Source: Polyangiales bacterium
Lineage (GTDB): Bacteria; Myxococcota_A; Polyangia; Polyangiales; Ga0077539
Direction of reading: 5' to 3'
NCBI GenBank assembly: GCA_044229975.1
Contig: JBGARZ010000002.1
Span: 832,001 to 896,000, forward strand
DNA length: 64,000 nucleotides
Below, in pieces: positions 48,883-57,493 of this stretch. Numbering within the stretch: the stretch's first letter is position 1; the number at the start of each line of letters is the position of its first letter. The notes beneath the pieces were generated by a model, which was given only the letters and a program-made list of their open reading frames with translations, did no database searches and was not told where the DNA came from. The position numbers were made by a program, and so were the translations under genes.

Positions 48883-51006
48883 GTGATCCTCCGCCGCCTT
48901 CCCCTCTCGTTCGTCGCTCTCACCGCTCTCGTCGCCGTCGCCTGTAGTCAGGGCGAGTCGGTGGTCGGCGGCCCGACCGACGCCGGCTCGGTCGTCGACC
49001 TCGGCACCGCCGACGTGGGTTCCACCATGGACGTCGTCGATGTGCCGCCCGCCGTCGACACGCCGCCCGTGGTGGACGTCCCCGTCGACGCGCCCTTCCG
49101 CTGCACGCGCAACGAGGACTGTACGGGCCGCGCCGAGGGCGCCGTGTGCGAGGTCACGAGCGGGCGCTGCGTCGCCTGCGTGCCGACGGCAGACACCTGT
49201 CCGGCGGGGCAGTTCTGCGTGGCGGGCTCCAACACCTGCGCGCCCGGGTGCCGCAACGACGAGGGCTGCGCGGCGGGCGCGACCGACGCGGGCACCGGAT
49301 GGGGCCGACGATGCGACCTCGTCACGCGGTCCTGCGTCGACTGCCTCACCAACGACCACTGCCCCTCCGGAACGCTCTGCGTCGGCAACCTCTGCGTCAT
49401 GGGGTGCAGCGCCGAGCGGGCCTGCCCGTCGGGCCAGGCGTGCTGCACGGGGGCGTGCGTCGACACCCAGTCCAACACCGCGGCGTGCGGCGCCTGCGAG
49501 CGCCGCTGCTCCATCGCGGGCGGCTCGGCGAGCTGCCTCAACGGCATGTGCACCGTCGGCATGTGCACCGCGCCCAACGCCGACTGCGACAGCAACGCGA
49601 CCAACGGCTGCGAGACCAACACCCAGACCGACCTCGCGCACTGCGGCGGTTGCATGCGCGCGTGCCCGGTAGCCCCCAACACGACCGCGACCTGCGCGGG
49701 CGGCGTCTGCGGGTCGACCTGCCTCACGGGCTTCGCCGACTGCGACGGCGACGCGAGCAACGGCTGCGAGGTCGACACCCGCACCAGCGGCTCCCACTGC
49801 GGCGCCTGCAACCGCGGCTGCGCGCCGCCCAACGGCACCGGCGCCTGCGTCGCGAGCGTGTGCACCGTCGCCTCGTGCGCGACGGGCTTCGGCGACTGCG
49901 ACGGCAACGCGAGCAACGGCTGCGAGGTCGACACCCGCACCAACGCGTCGCACTGCGCCGCTTGCAACATGGCGTGCCCGGCGCCGGCCAACAGCGTCCC
50001 GGCGTGCGTGGGCTCCGTGTGCCTGCGCACCTGCGCGGTCGGCTTCGACGACTGTGACCTCAGCGACGCCAACGGCTGCGAGGTCAACCTCCGCACCAGC
50101 AACACCCACTGCGGCCGTTGTGGTCAGGCGTGCTCGCTCACCAACGCGAGCGCCACCTGCGTGTCGGGCACCTGCTCACTGACGATGTGCGCTGCGGGCT
50201 ACGCCGACTGCGATGCGACCGGGAGCAACGGCTGCGAGGTCGACACCCGCACGAGCACCCTCCACTGCGGCGGCTGCGCGCGGCCTTGCGTCGCCCCCGC
50301 CAACGCGAGCCCGGTGTGCCGCGAGGGGGCCTGCGGGTTCGTGTGCAACGCGGGCTACGGCGACTGCGACGGCAGCGCCGCCAACGGGTGCGAGGTCGAC
50401 CTCGCGACGAGCGTGGCGCACTGCGGGCGGTGCGCGAGCGTCTGCGCGACGGGCGTGTGCACCGGTGGCGCCTGCCAGCCCGCGCGCTGCGACGACCGCG
50501 TGCGCAACGGCACCGAGACCGACGTCGACTGCGGCGGCTCGTGCCCCGACTGCGCGCTCTGCCAGACCTGCGCGACCAACGCCGACTGCACCTCGGGGAC
50601 GTGTAGTTCCGCGGGGCGATGCACCTTCCGCACGGACGTCAGCATCCCGTGGCTCGCCTCGTGTCACGGGCCCGACAACTCGCCCGTCGATGTGGTGGTG
50701 CCGGGCGTTCCGGCGGGCGACTACCAGATCACGGCGCTCCCGAGCGGCGGCACGGTGTGGAGCGCGGTGTCGCTGCCGGTCCAGGGGTGGTTCTGGTACA
50801 TCACCTGCCAGAACCTCTCGGTCCCTGGCCTTGCCACTCCGTCGGGCACCTACTACGCGACGCCCGAGGCGGCCTTCGCGGCGCTGCCCCGCACCACGTC
50901 GACGGCGACCTTCGCGGGCGGCACGCTGACCTGCTACTTCAGCGACAGCGCCTGCGCCGACAACCGCGGCAGCGTCCGCTTCACGATGGAACGCACCTGC
51001 CCCTGA
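48883..51006 (+). CDS. Cys-rich repeat lipoprotein: 6 CDxxxxNGCE repeats, ETDVDCGG motif, unique C-terminal beta domain
   Basis: Lipobox AVAC; repeats counted in translation. Confidence 0.85.
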   Translation: MILRRLPLSFVALTALVAVACSQGESVVGGPTDAGSVVDLGTADVGSTMDVVDVPPAVDTPPVVDVPVDAPFRCTRNEDCTGRAEGAVCEVTSGRCVACVPTADTCPAGQFCVAGSNTCAPGCRNDEGCAAGATDAGTGWGRRCDLVTRSCVDCLTNDHCPSGTLCVGNLCVMGCSAERACPSGQACCTGACVDTQSNTAACGACERRCSIAGGSASCLNGMCTVGMCTAPNADCDSNATNGCETNTQTDLAHCGGCMRACPVAPNTTATCAGGVCGSTCLTGFADCDGDASNGCEVDTRTSGSHCGACNRGCAPPNGTGACVASVCTVASCATGFGDCDGNASNGCEVDTRTNASHCAACNMACPAPANSVPACVGSVCLRTCAVGFDDCDLSDANGCEVNLRTSNTHCGRCGQACSLTNASATCVSGTCSLTMCAAGYADCDATGSNGCEVDTRTSTLHCGGCARPCVAPANASPVCREGACGFVCNAGYGDCDGSAANGCEVDLATSVAHCGRCASVCATGVCTGGACQPARCDDRVRNGTETDVDCGGSCPDCALCQTCATNADCTSGTCSSAGRCTFRTDVSIPWLASCHGPDNSPVDVVVPGVPAGDYQITALPSGGTVWSAVSLPVQGWFWYITCQNLSVPGLATPSGTYYATPEAAFAALPRTTSTATFAGGTLTCYFSDSACADNRGSVRFTMERTCP

Positions 51007-51012
51007 CGGGCC

Positions 51013-51969
51013 TCAGCGACACATGAGCGCGGAGGGCGGGGCCGAGCACACGGCCTCGTCGGGCTTGGCTGCGGGCACGCGCACGACCGCAGCGGCGGGC
51101 GGTTCGGCGGGCGGGCCGTGTTCGACGCCGGGCGGGAGCTCCTCGATGAGGGCGAGCAGGGCGTCGTCGTCCATCGGCGCGGAGTCGGCCTTCTCCCAGT
51201 CCTTGTCGAGCCACGGCCAGAGCGGGCCGCCGTCCGAGCAGCCGAGCGCGCGCTCACCTGGCGTGCACGACACGCGCACGTGGAAGTGGTCGTCGTGCGG
51301 CGCGCTGTCACCGGGCTGGGCGAGCACCTGCTCGGCGCGCTCGATGAGCCACGCGGGCGCGTCGGTGCGGCGGGCGTGGTCAAGGAGCATCGTCTTGATC
51401 CACGCGGCGCAGAACACCCGGATGACGCCGACCTGGGTGTCCTGCAACAGGGCCTCGATGAGGCGCCAGTTGCGCGCGAGGTCGAAGCGCAGCGGCGTGG
51501 CGACGCCGAGGGACTCGCCCGCGCGGTTGTAGCGAACGAAGCCCGGTGCGACGACGGGCCGATCGGTCGCCGCGTCGCGGGCGAAGAAGAGCAGGTCGAC
51601 GTCGCGGCCGTTGCGATGCGAGTGGTGCCGCATGACGTGACCGCCGCGCAGCCCCGAGAGGTCGCCGACCTTCATGGGCACCGGCACGTTGTCGCGCAGC
51701 ACCATCCGCGCGGCGCGACGCACCATGCCGACGAGGCGATCGGTGCCGAAGTGCAGGCCACCCTCGGCCTCGGTGCGCAGCGCCTCGAAGCCGGGGCCGC
51801 GGTCGGGCAGCCGAACGCCGTGCGCGAGCCAGCCGGTGCTGGGCTTGCCGCGCGATCCACCCTCCGGGGACGCCGCGCCGGGCATCAGATGGGCACATCC
51901 CGCGAGCGACTGCGCGGCGACGACGGTGGCGAAGGTGACGAGGAGCGAGCCACGACGAGGGATGCTCAC
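51013..51969 (-). CDS. mepA: Penicillin-insensitive murein endopeptidase (MepA-like, LAS family) lipoprotein
   Basis: VGDLS..GG...HHSHRNGRDVD; HDDHFHVR; lipobox LAGC. Confidence 0.82.
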   Translation of the reverse strand: MSIPRRGSLLVTFATVVAAQSLAGCAHLMPGAASPEGGSRGKPSTGWLAHGVRLPDRGPGFEALRTEAEGGLHFGTDRLVGMVRRAARMVLRDNVPVPMKVGDLSGLRGGHVMRHHSHRNGRDVDLLFFARDAATDRPVVAPGFVRYNRAGESLGVATPLRFDLARNWRLIEALLQDTQVGVIRVFCAAWIKTMLLDHARRTDAPAWLIERAEQVLAQPGDSAPHDDHFHVRVSCTPGERALGCSDGGPLWPWLDKDWEKADSAPMDDDALLALIEELPPGVEHGPPAEPPAAAVVRVPAAKPDEAVCSAPPSALMCR

Positions 51970-52024
51970 GGACCGCGACGGTAGCGCCGCCGACCAGAGG
52001 CGTCACGAGACGAGCGCGGAAGAA

Positions 52025-52834
52025 TCATCCGTCGGCGCGGACGAAGAGCGCGCGGAGACGACCTCGCCACGTGGTCTGGCGAGCGACGACTGTGGCGAGA
52101 GAGATCCACGGTGCGACATTGGCGCCCAGCGGATCGGCGGGCGCGACCTCGTCCTTCACCCCGTAGACGAGCCCTTGTTGGTAGGGAGTGAAGGTCCCGA
52201 AGAGATGGTCGAAGACGAGGAATATCCCGCCGAAATTGCGGTCGATCGCGACGTCGTTGGAGGCGTGGTGCACGCGGTGGAACACCGGCGCGTTGAAGAA
52301 GCGCCCCGGCCCGAAGGTGAAGGTGGTCGGCGCGTGCAGGCCGAAGAGCAGCACGGCGTGGACGACGCCGACGGCGGCGTAGGTGACCGGGTCGACGCCC
52401 GCGAGCGCGAGCAGCGAGTGGAAGCAGACGGTGGAGAGCGACGCGAGCACCCCGACGCGAAACGACACCGACCAGTTGTAGTCGACCGACTGGTGATGGA
52501 CGGCGTGGATGGCCCAGAGCACGGGCACACGGTGCTCCAGGCGATGCTGGACGTAGTAGACGAGGTCCAGCAGGACGAAGGCGAGCGCGTAGGTGGCCGG
52601 GTGGTGCGGCGGGAGCTTCCATGGGACGAGCGCAGCGACGCCTGCGAAGGCGGCCACGAGCGCGCCGCGGAGGAGCGCCTGCGAGGCCAGGAAGAGCAGG
52701 CCGACACCCGCGTTGGAAGCAGTCTGTCGGAGGCTCCCGGTGCCGCGCAGCGCGCGACGTACGCGACGCGAGAGCAACAGCGCGAGGAGGAAGGGCACCG
52801 TCATCGCGAGGGCGATGGCTTGCAGGGTCGTCAC
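52025..52834 (-). CDS. Sterol desaturase/fatty-acid hydroxylase superfamily protein
   Basis: His boxes HRLEH, HAVHH, HRVHH; NFGG..FDHLFGT. Confidence 0.88.
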   Translation of the reverse strand: MTTLQAIALAMTVPFLLALLLSRRVRRALRGTGSLRQTASNAGVGLLFLASQALLRGALVAAFAGVAALVPWKLPPHHPATYALAFVLLDLVYYVQHRLEHRVPVLWAIHAVHHQSVDYNWSVSFRVGVLASLSTVCFHSLLALAGVDPVTYAAVGVVHAVLLFGLHAPTTFTFGPGRFFNAPVFHRVHHASNDVAIDRNFGGIFLVFDHLFGTFTPYQQGLVYGVKDEVAPADPLGANVAPWISLATVVARQTTWRGRLRALFVRADG

Positions 52835-52948
52835 GCCCTCGGGGTGTAGCAGAGTGGCAGCGGATAGGCTTGACCGCCCAGAGGATCGGTCTACAAGCTC
52901 CCCGCCCGCTTTCTCCCAACTGTTCCGCTACCCGATGGGTGACCCGCC

Positions 52949-53980
52949 GTGTCCATGGATCGTCTTTCCGCGCACCTCGACCGAGGCTGGGATCTGCTGG
53001 GCCAGGGTGACACCCGCGGCGCCCGCACCAGCGCGCGGCGCGCCCTCGAGATCGACCGCGAGTCGCCCGAGGCGCACAACCTGCTCGGCCAGGCCGCGGC
53101 GCGCGAGGGCGACGCCGACGAGGCCATCGAACATTACAAGCAGGCGTATTCGCTCGACGACGGGTACGTCGACCCGATGCTCAGCGCGGCCGAGGTGCTC
53201 ATCCATCCCCTCCAGCGCTTCGAGGACGCCATCGCGCTCTGCGACGAGGTGCTGGAGTTCGCCGACCTGAAGGAAGAGCGCGCCGACGCGCTGCTGCTGA
53301 AGTTCGACGCGCTCCAGGCGATGGGACAGGACGCCGCGGCGCGGGCGCTGCTCGACGACCTCCCCGAGGGGCCGTACGAGGCGCCGTTCACGGGTTACCT
53401 CGTGGGGCGCGCGTGGTTCGAGGCGGGGGAGTTCGATCGGGCGCTCACGCTGCTCGTGGCCGCCGTCGGGGCCGAGCCCGACAACGCCGACGCGCACTAC
53501 TACCTCGCCATGACCCGCGACCGGCTGCGCGACTGGAAGGGCGCGACGCTGTCGTTCCTTGAGGCGCGCGAGCTCGATCTGCGGGTGCCGGCGCCGCCGT
53601 GGTCGCCCTCCAAGGACCTCTTCCATCGCTCGGTCGAGCGCGCCCTCGGCGGGCTCGAACCCGACGTCGCGCAGGCCATCGAGGGCGCCCTCGTGCTGGT
53701 CGCCGAAGTGCCGGGAATGGAGGTCGTCGCGGACGGCGTCGACCCGCGCGCCTCGGTGCTCGTGGAGGGCGTCGGGCCCGACGGCGCCGACGCGGTGGAG
53801 GAAGGCCCGCGGTCGTTCGTGCGGATCTTCGTCTACCAGCGCAACGTCGAGCGCAACTGCGGCGCGCTCGAACAGATCGAGGATGAGATCAGCACGCAGG
53901 TGTCCGACGAGGTCCGCCACCTTCTGCACGGGCCGCAGCCCGACGACGCGCTGGGTGGTCCGTCGGGCGAGCCCAACTGA
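52949..53980 (+). CDS. TPR plus Zincin_1-like domain protein (HExxH degenerate)
   Basis: TPR repeats (PEAHNLLG, ADAHYYLA); RIFVYQRNVE...DEVRH. Confidence 0.75.
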   Translation: MSMDRLSAHLDRGWDLLGQGDTRGARTSARRALEIDRESPEAHNLLGQAAAREGDADEAIEHYKQAYSLDDGYVDPMLSAAEVLIHPLQRFEDAIALCDEVLEFADLKEERADALLLKFDALQAMGQDAAARALLDDLPEGPYEAPFTGYLVGRAWFEAGEFDRALTLLVAAVGAEPDNADAHYYLAMTRDRLRDWKGATLSFLEARELDLRVPAPPWSPSKDLFHRSVERALGGLEPDVAQAIEGALVLVAEVPGMEVVADGVDPRASVLVEGVGPDGADAVEEGPRSFVRIFVYQRNVERNCGALEQIEDEISTQVSDEVRHLLHGPQPDDALGGPSGEPN

Positions 53981-53987
53981 GCACGGT

Positions 53988-55424
53988 CTAGCGGCGCCCG
54001 ATCTCGTGCTCGGCGAGGTTGCCGACGTGCGCGAGCACGCGGCCGTGGATGGCGTGGAGCAACAGCTCGGCGGGCACGACCCAGTAGCGCTCGGGGAAGA
54101 TCGCCATGGTGTACCAGGTGCTGCCTTCGAGCCGGGTGCGCCCGCCCGGCAGCGGAATCAGCCGAAACTCCCCGCGACGCGACACCATGTAGCCCTCCAG
54201 GTGGGGCGCGTTGACGTGGCGGTAGGGGCTGAGCTCGGTCATCGACGGCGGCTGCGCGCTCACGTCGAAGGAGAGGCGGTGCGGAGGTTCCCAGCGGGTG
54301 ATGGGCTCGACGAAGGGCCCGGTGGAGAACTCGCAGTGGCGCACGGCGCCGACGCCCTCACCGTGGATGCGCGCGCGCATCGGGTACGCGATGCCCAATC
54401 GGAAGAACCACTCGGGCGGCGGAGGGAGCTCACCGAAGCCGACGACGTAGCGCCACACGGTCTCCGGCGGCGCGTTGATCTCGCGCACCGAGACCACCTC
54501 GCGGAGCATCGGCGTGTTGACCCGCGCTTCGAGGCCCGCGAGACCGGGCAGGCCCACGAGGAAGACGCCGACCACCTGCGCCGCGGCGCCGTGGCGGGTC
54601 TGGCGCAGGATGCTCCACGCGATGGTCGAGCCGACGGTCGACACGGCAATCGCGATGGGCGTCGCCATGACGAGGCACAACACGCCTTCGAGCGCGAAGA
54701 GCAGGATGGCCGCGCCCGTCGCGACGACGGTGAACGCGCCGAGCCCGATGGTGGCGCCGAGGCCGCGCGTCGGGCCGCGGTTGCCGATGACGGCGGTGAC
54801 GGCGCCCATCGCGAAGGGCGTCGCGAAGAAGAGGGCGGCGCCGTAGGTGCGCAGGCCATAGACGCTGAGCGCGGTCATCGCGAGGCCCACCGCGACGCCC
54901 GCGAGGACGGCGAGCACCGAGTCGCGGACGCTGGGCTCCAACGGCGCGTCACTCACGGACGGCGCGGGACGGAAGGGGGCGTTCATCGGCGGCCCCCACG
55001 GCGCGTCGACCTTGGTGCGCAGCAACGAGAGCGCGAACATCACCACGTAGTTGACCCCAGGGATCAGGAACAGCACCCCGAACCAAGGCGACTGCCCGGC
55101 GTTGGCGGCGCGGCGCACGCTCATGGAGAGCCCGATCCAGAGGAAGGGCAGCGAGGCGAGCGCGAGGGTGGCGTGCATCGACGTGGGGACGTTGGTGCCG
55201 AGCAACCGATCGCGGAGGGCGATGCTGGGGATGAAGTAGGCCGTGGGCGGCCACAGGCGCCGCACGAACGCGTACACGACGGCCGCGTCGACGAGGTATT
55301 TGACAACGGTGAGCGCGAGCCCCCACTGGAGGTACGCGCGGCGTGAGACCGGGGCGCGCAGCCCGAAGAGCAGCGCGCCGAGGGAGAAGTGAGCGGCGGG
55401 TTCTGCGGAGGAGTCGGAGCTCAT
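53988..55424 (-). CDS. DUF805-like membrane domain fused to SRPBCC/START domain
   Basis: VSRRAY...SVRRAANAG.SPW; INAPPETVW, GVGAVRHCEFSTGPFVEPIT.W, IHGRVL.H. Confidence 0.75.
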   Translation of the reverse strand: MSSDSSAEPAAHFSLGALLFGLRAPVSRRAYLQWGLALTVVKYLVDAAVVYAFVRRLWPPTAYFIPSIALRDRLLGTNVPTSMHATLALASLPFLWIGLSMSVRRAANAGQSPWFGVLFLIPGVNYVVMFALSLLRTKVDAPWGPPMNAPFRPAPSVSDAPLEPSVRDSVLAVLAGVAVGLAMTALSVYGLRTYGAALFFATPFAMGAVTAVIGNRGPTRGLGATIGLGAFTVVATGAAILLFALEGVLCLVMATPIAIAVSTVGSTIAWSILRQTRHGAAAQVVGVFLVGLPGLAGLEARVNTPMLREVVSVREINAPPETVWRYVVGFGELPPPPEWFFRLGIAYPMRARIHGEGVGAVRHCEFSTGPFVEPITRWEPPHRLSFDVSAQPPSMTELSPYRHVNAPHLEGYMVSRRGEFRLIPLPGGRTRLEGSTWYTMAIFPERYWVVPAELLLHAIHGRVLAHVGNLAEHEIGRR

Positions 55425-55456
55425 CGCCGGAGCATCGGCGGGGCTCCGACGGAGCG

Positions 55457-56815
55457 TCAACCCTCGTCGGCGCGATCGCGCTCGCGGAGGTCGTGCTTGA
55501 CCATGAGGCGCTGGAGGTGGCGGCGGTCGATGCCCGAGGTGCGGGCGGCGGCCGACACGTTGCCGTGGTGCACCTTCAGGAGGTCGGTGAGGTAGGTCTT
55601 CTCGAAGATCTCCGTCCAGATCTCCTTCGCATCGTGGAACGGCAGGTCGGTGCGAATCTCGTGACCGCCGACCTTCGGCACGCCGCCCTGCGGCGAGAGC
55701 ACCGAGGCGTCGGGGCCGAGCACGGCGAAGCGCTCGACGAGGTTGCGCAGCTCGCGCACGTTGCCCGGGAAGTCGTAGTGCTGGAGCAGCTCCATCGCGC
55801 GCGGGTCGAGCGGCGCGTACCCGGCGAGGCCCTGCGCGGCGCGGCGGCGGTTGAGGTCTTCGAGCACCGTCTCCACCAGCAGCGGAACATCCTGCAACCG
55901 CGACCGCAACGGCGGGAGCTTCACCACCACCGACGAGAGCCGGTAGTAGAGGTCTTGCCGGAAGCGCCCGTCCTTGATCTCACGCTGGAGGTTGCGCCCC
56001 GTCGTCGCGACCACGCGCAGATCGACGGCCACGCCGGTGGCGGCGCCGAGCGAGCGAACCTCGCGCGACTCCAGCACCCGCAAGAGCTTCGCCTGCGCCT
56101 CGACGGAGAGCTCGCTCACCTCGTCGAGCACGAGCATGCCGCCCTCGGCCGCGCGGATGGCGCCCTGGGTCTCGGGCTGCGTCGCAGTCTTGGCGTGTCC
56201 GAAGAGCTCGGCCTCGATGCGATCGCGCGGGACGACCCCGCAGTCGACCACCACGAAGGGCCCGCCTGCCCGCGGGCTGCGGCGGTGGATGGCGTCGGCG
56301 ACGAGCTCCTTGCCCGTCCCCGCCTCACCCTCGATGAGCACCGGGAGGTCGCTCGGCGCGATGCGCTCCAGGATGGCGAACACCTCGCGCATCGCCGTCG
56401 ACGTGCCGACCAGGCGCCCGAAGCGGATGCCCATGGAGAGGTCCTTCTCCACGGCGTTTTCCGTCGGCTCGACGCGCACCCGCGTGGTGCCGAGGAGCAG
56501 CTCGCGCGTGCCCGTGATGACCGCGTCGAAGATGCGCGTGTCGCCCATGAAGGTGCCGTTGGTGCTGCCCAGGTCGCGCACGCGAATGCCGTCCGAGCCG
56601 AGGCCCAGCGACGCGTGCTTGCGCGACACCGACGGGTCGCGGATGACGAGGTCGTTTTCGTCCGCGCCGCCGATGCGGATCTCCTCCTGCGCGCCCTCGA
56701 AGACGGCGCCCTTGTCGGGCCCGTCGAGCACGGTCACGCGGACGGTCTTCATCCGACGGGCGACTGCCTGTCCGTTGCGTTCGATCAGCTGCGTAAGCGA
56801 GGAGGGGTCCGTCAC
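55457..56815 (-). CDS. FHA-domain NtrC-family (bEBP-like) regulator lacking GAFTGA
   Basis: FHA (DPSVSRKH, DLGSTNGT); GEAGTGKE; LDEV; RFRQDLYYRL; PGNVREL; Fis-type HTH. Confidence 0.9.
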   Translation of the reverse strand: MTDPSSLTQLIERNGQAVARRMKTVRVTVLDGPDKGAVFEGAQEEIRIGGADENDLVIRDPSVSRKHASLGLGSDGIRVRDLGSTNGTFMGDTRIFDAVITGTRELLLGTTRVRVEPTENAVEKDLSMGIRFGRLVGTSTAMREVFAILERIAPSDLPVLIEGEAGTGKELVADAIHRRSPRAGGPFVVVDCGVVPRDRIEAELFGHAKTATQPETQGAIRAAEGGMLVLDEVSELSVEAQAKLLRVLESREVRSLGAATGVAVDLRVVATTGRNLQREIKDGRFRQDLYYRLSSVVVKLPPLRSRLQDVPLLVETVLEDLNRRRAAQGLAGYAPLDPRAMELLQHYDFPGNVRELRNLVERFAVLGPDASVLSPQGGVPKVGGHEIRTDLPFHDAKEIWTEIFEKTYLTDLLKVHHGNVSAAARTSGIDRRHLQRLMVKHDLRERDRADEG

Positions 56816-56992
56816 AAAATCACCTCACGGAAGGGGGGGGGCCGTTCTCATAGCCCGTTTCAGCGCCCGCATGCACCTGCGAGGCGCAAGCGTTTCAACG
56901 GATTTCTCCGCGCTTTCTGCGGCATGGGGTCCGCGCACGGGCCGCTGACGCTACACCTGCCCTGGCGATGAGGTCGCGATAGGGTGGCGACC

Positions 56993-57493
56993 ATGATCGA
57001 CGAGCCCACCATGGAGGCTGCCCGAGCGCTCATCGCGAGGCTCCGCGCGGCGAAGACGAGCGTCGGGACCGCGGAGTCGCTCACCGGGGGACTCATCGCG
57101 GCGACGTTGACCGCGGTGCCGGGCGCATCGGAGGTCGTCGCCGAAGGGCGCGTGGTCTACACGTGGGAGGCGAAGCAGGCGCTGCTGGGTGTCCCGCGGG
57201 CGATGTTGGAGGCCGAAGGAGCCGTGAGCGAGGCGGTCGCGCGAAGCATGGCCACGGGGCTCATCGCCCGTGCTGAAGGGCGCGTCGAGCTGGCGGTGGC
57301 GGTGACGGGTGTGGCGGGTCCGGGCGCCTCGGAGGGAAAGCCCGCGGGTGGGGTCCACCTGGCGGTCGCGCGTCGGTCGACGGGCACGGTGGTGCACGCG
57401 ATGAGGGACTACGGCGAGGTCGGGCGGGCGGCGGTGCGGCTGGCGACGGTGCGCGACGCGCTCGCGATGCTGGGCGCGGCGCTCGACGACTGA
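56993..57493 (+). CDS. pncC: CinA C-terminal family NMN amidohydrolase
   Basis: TAESLTGG, PGAS, Y...K, GAVS, TGVAGP, KPAG. Confidence 0.88.
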   Translation: MIDEPTMEAARALIARLRAAKTSVGTAESLTGGLIAATLTAVPGASEVVAEGRVVYTWEAKQALLGVPRAMLEAEGAVSEAVARSMATGLIARAEGRVELAVAVTGVAGPGASEGKPAGGVHLAVARRSTGTVVHAMRDYGEVGRAAVRLATVRDALAMLGAALDD

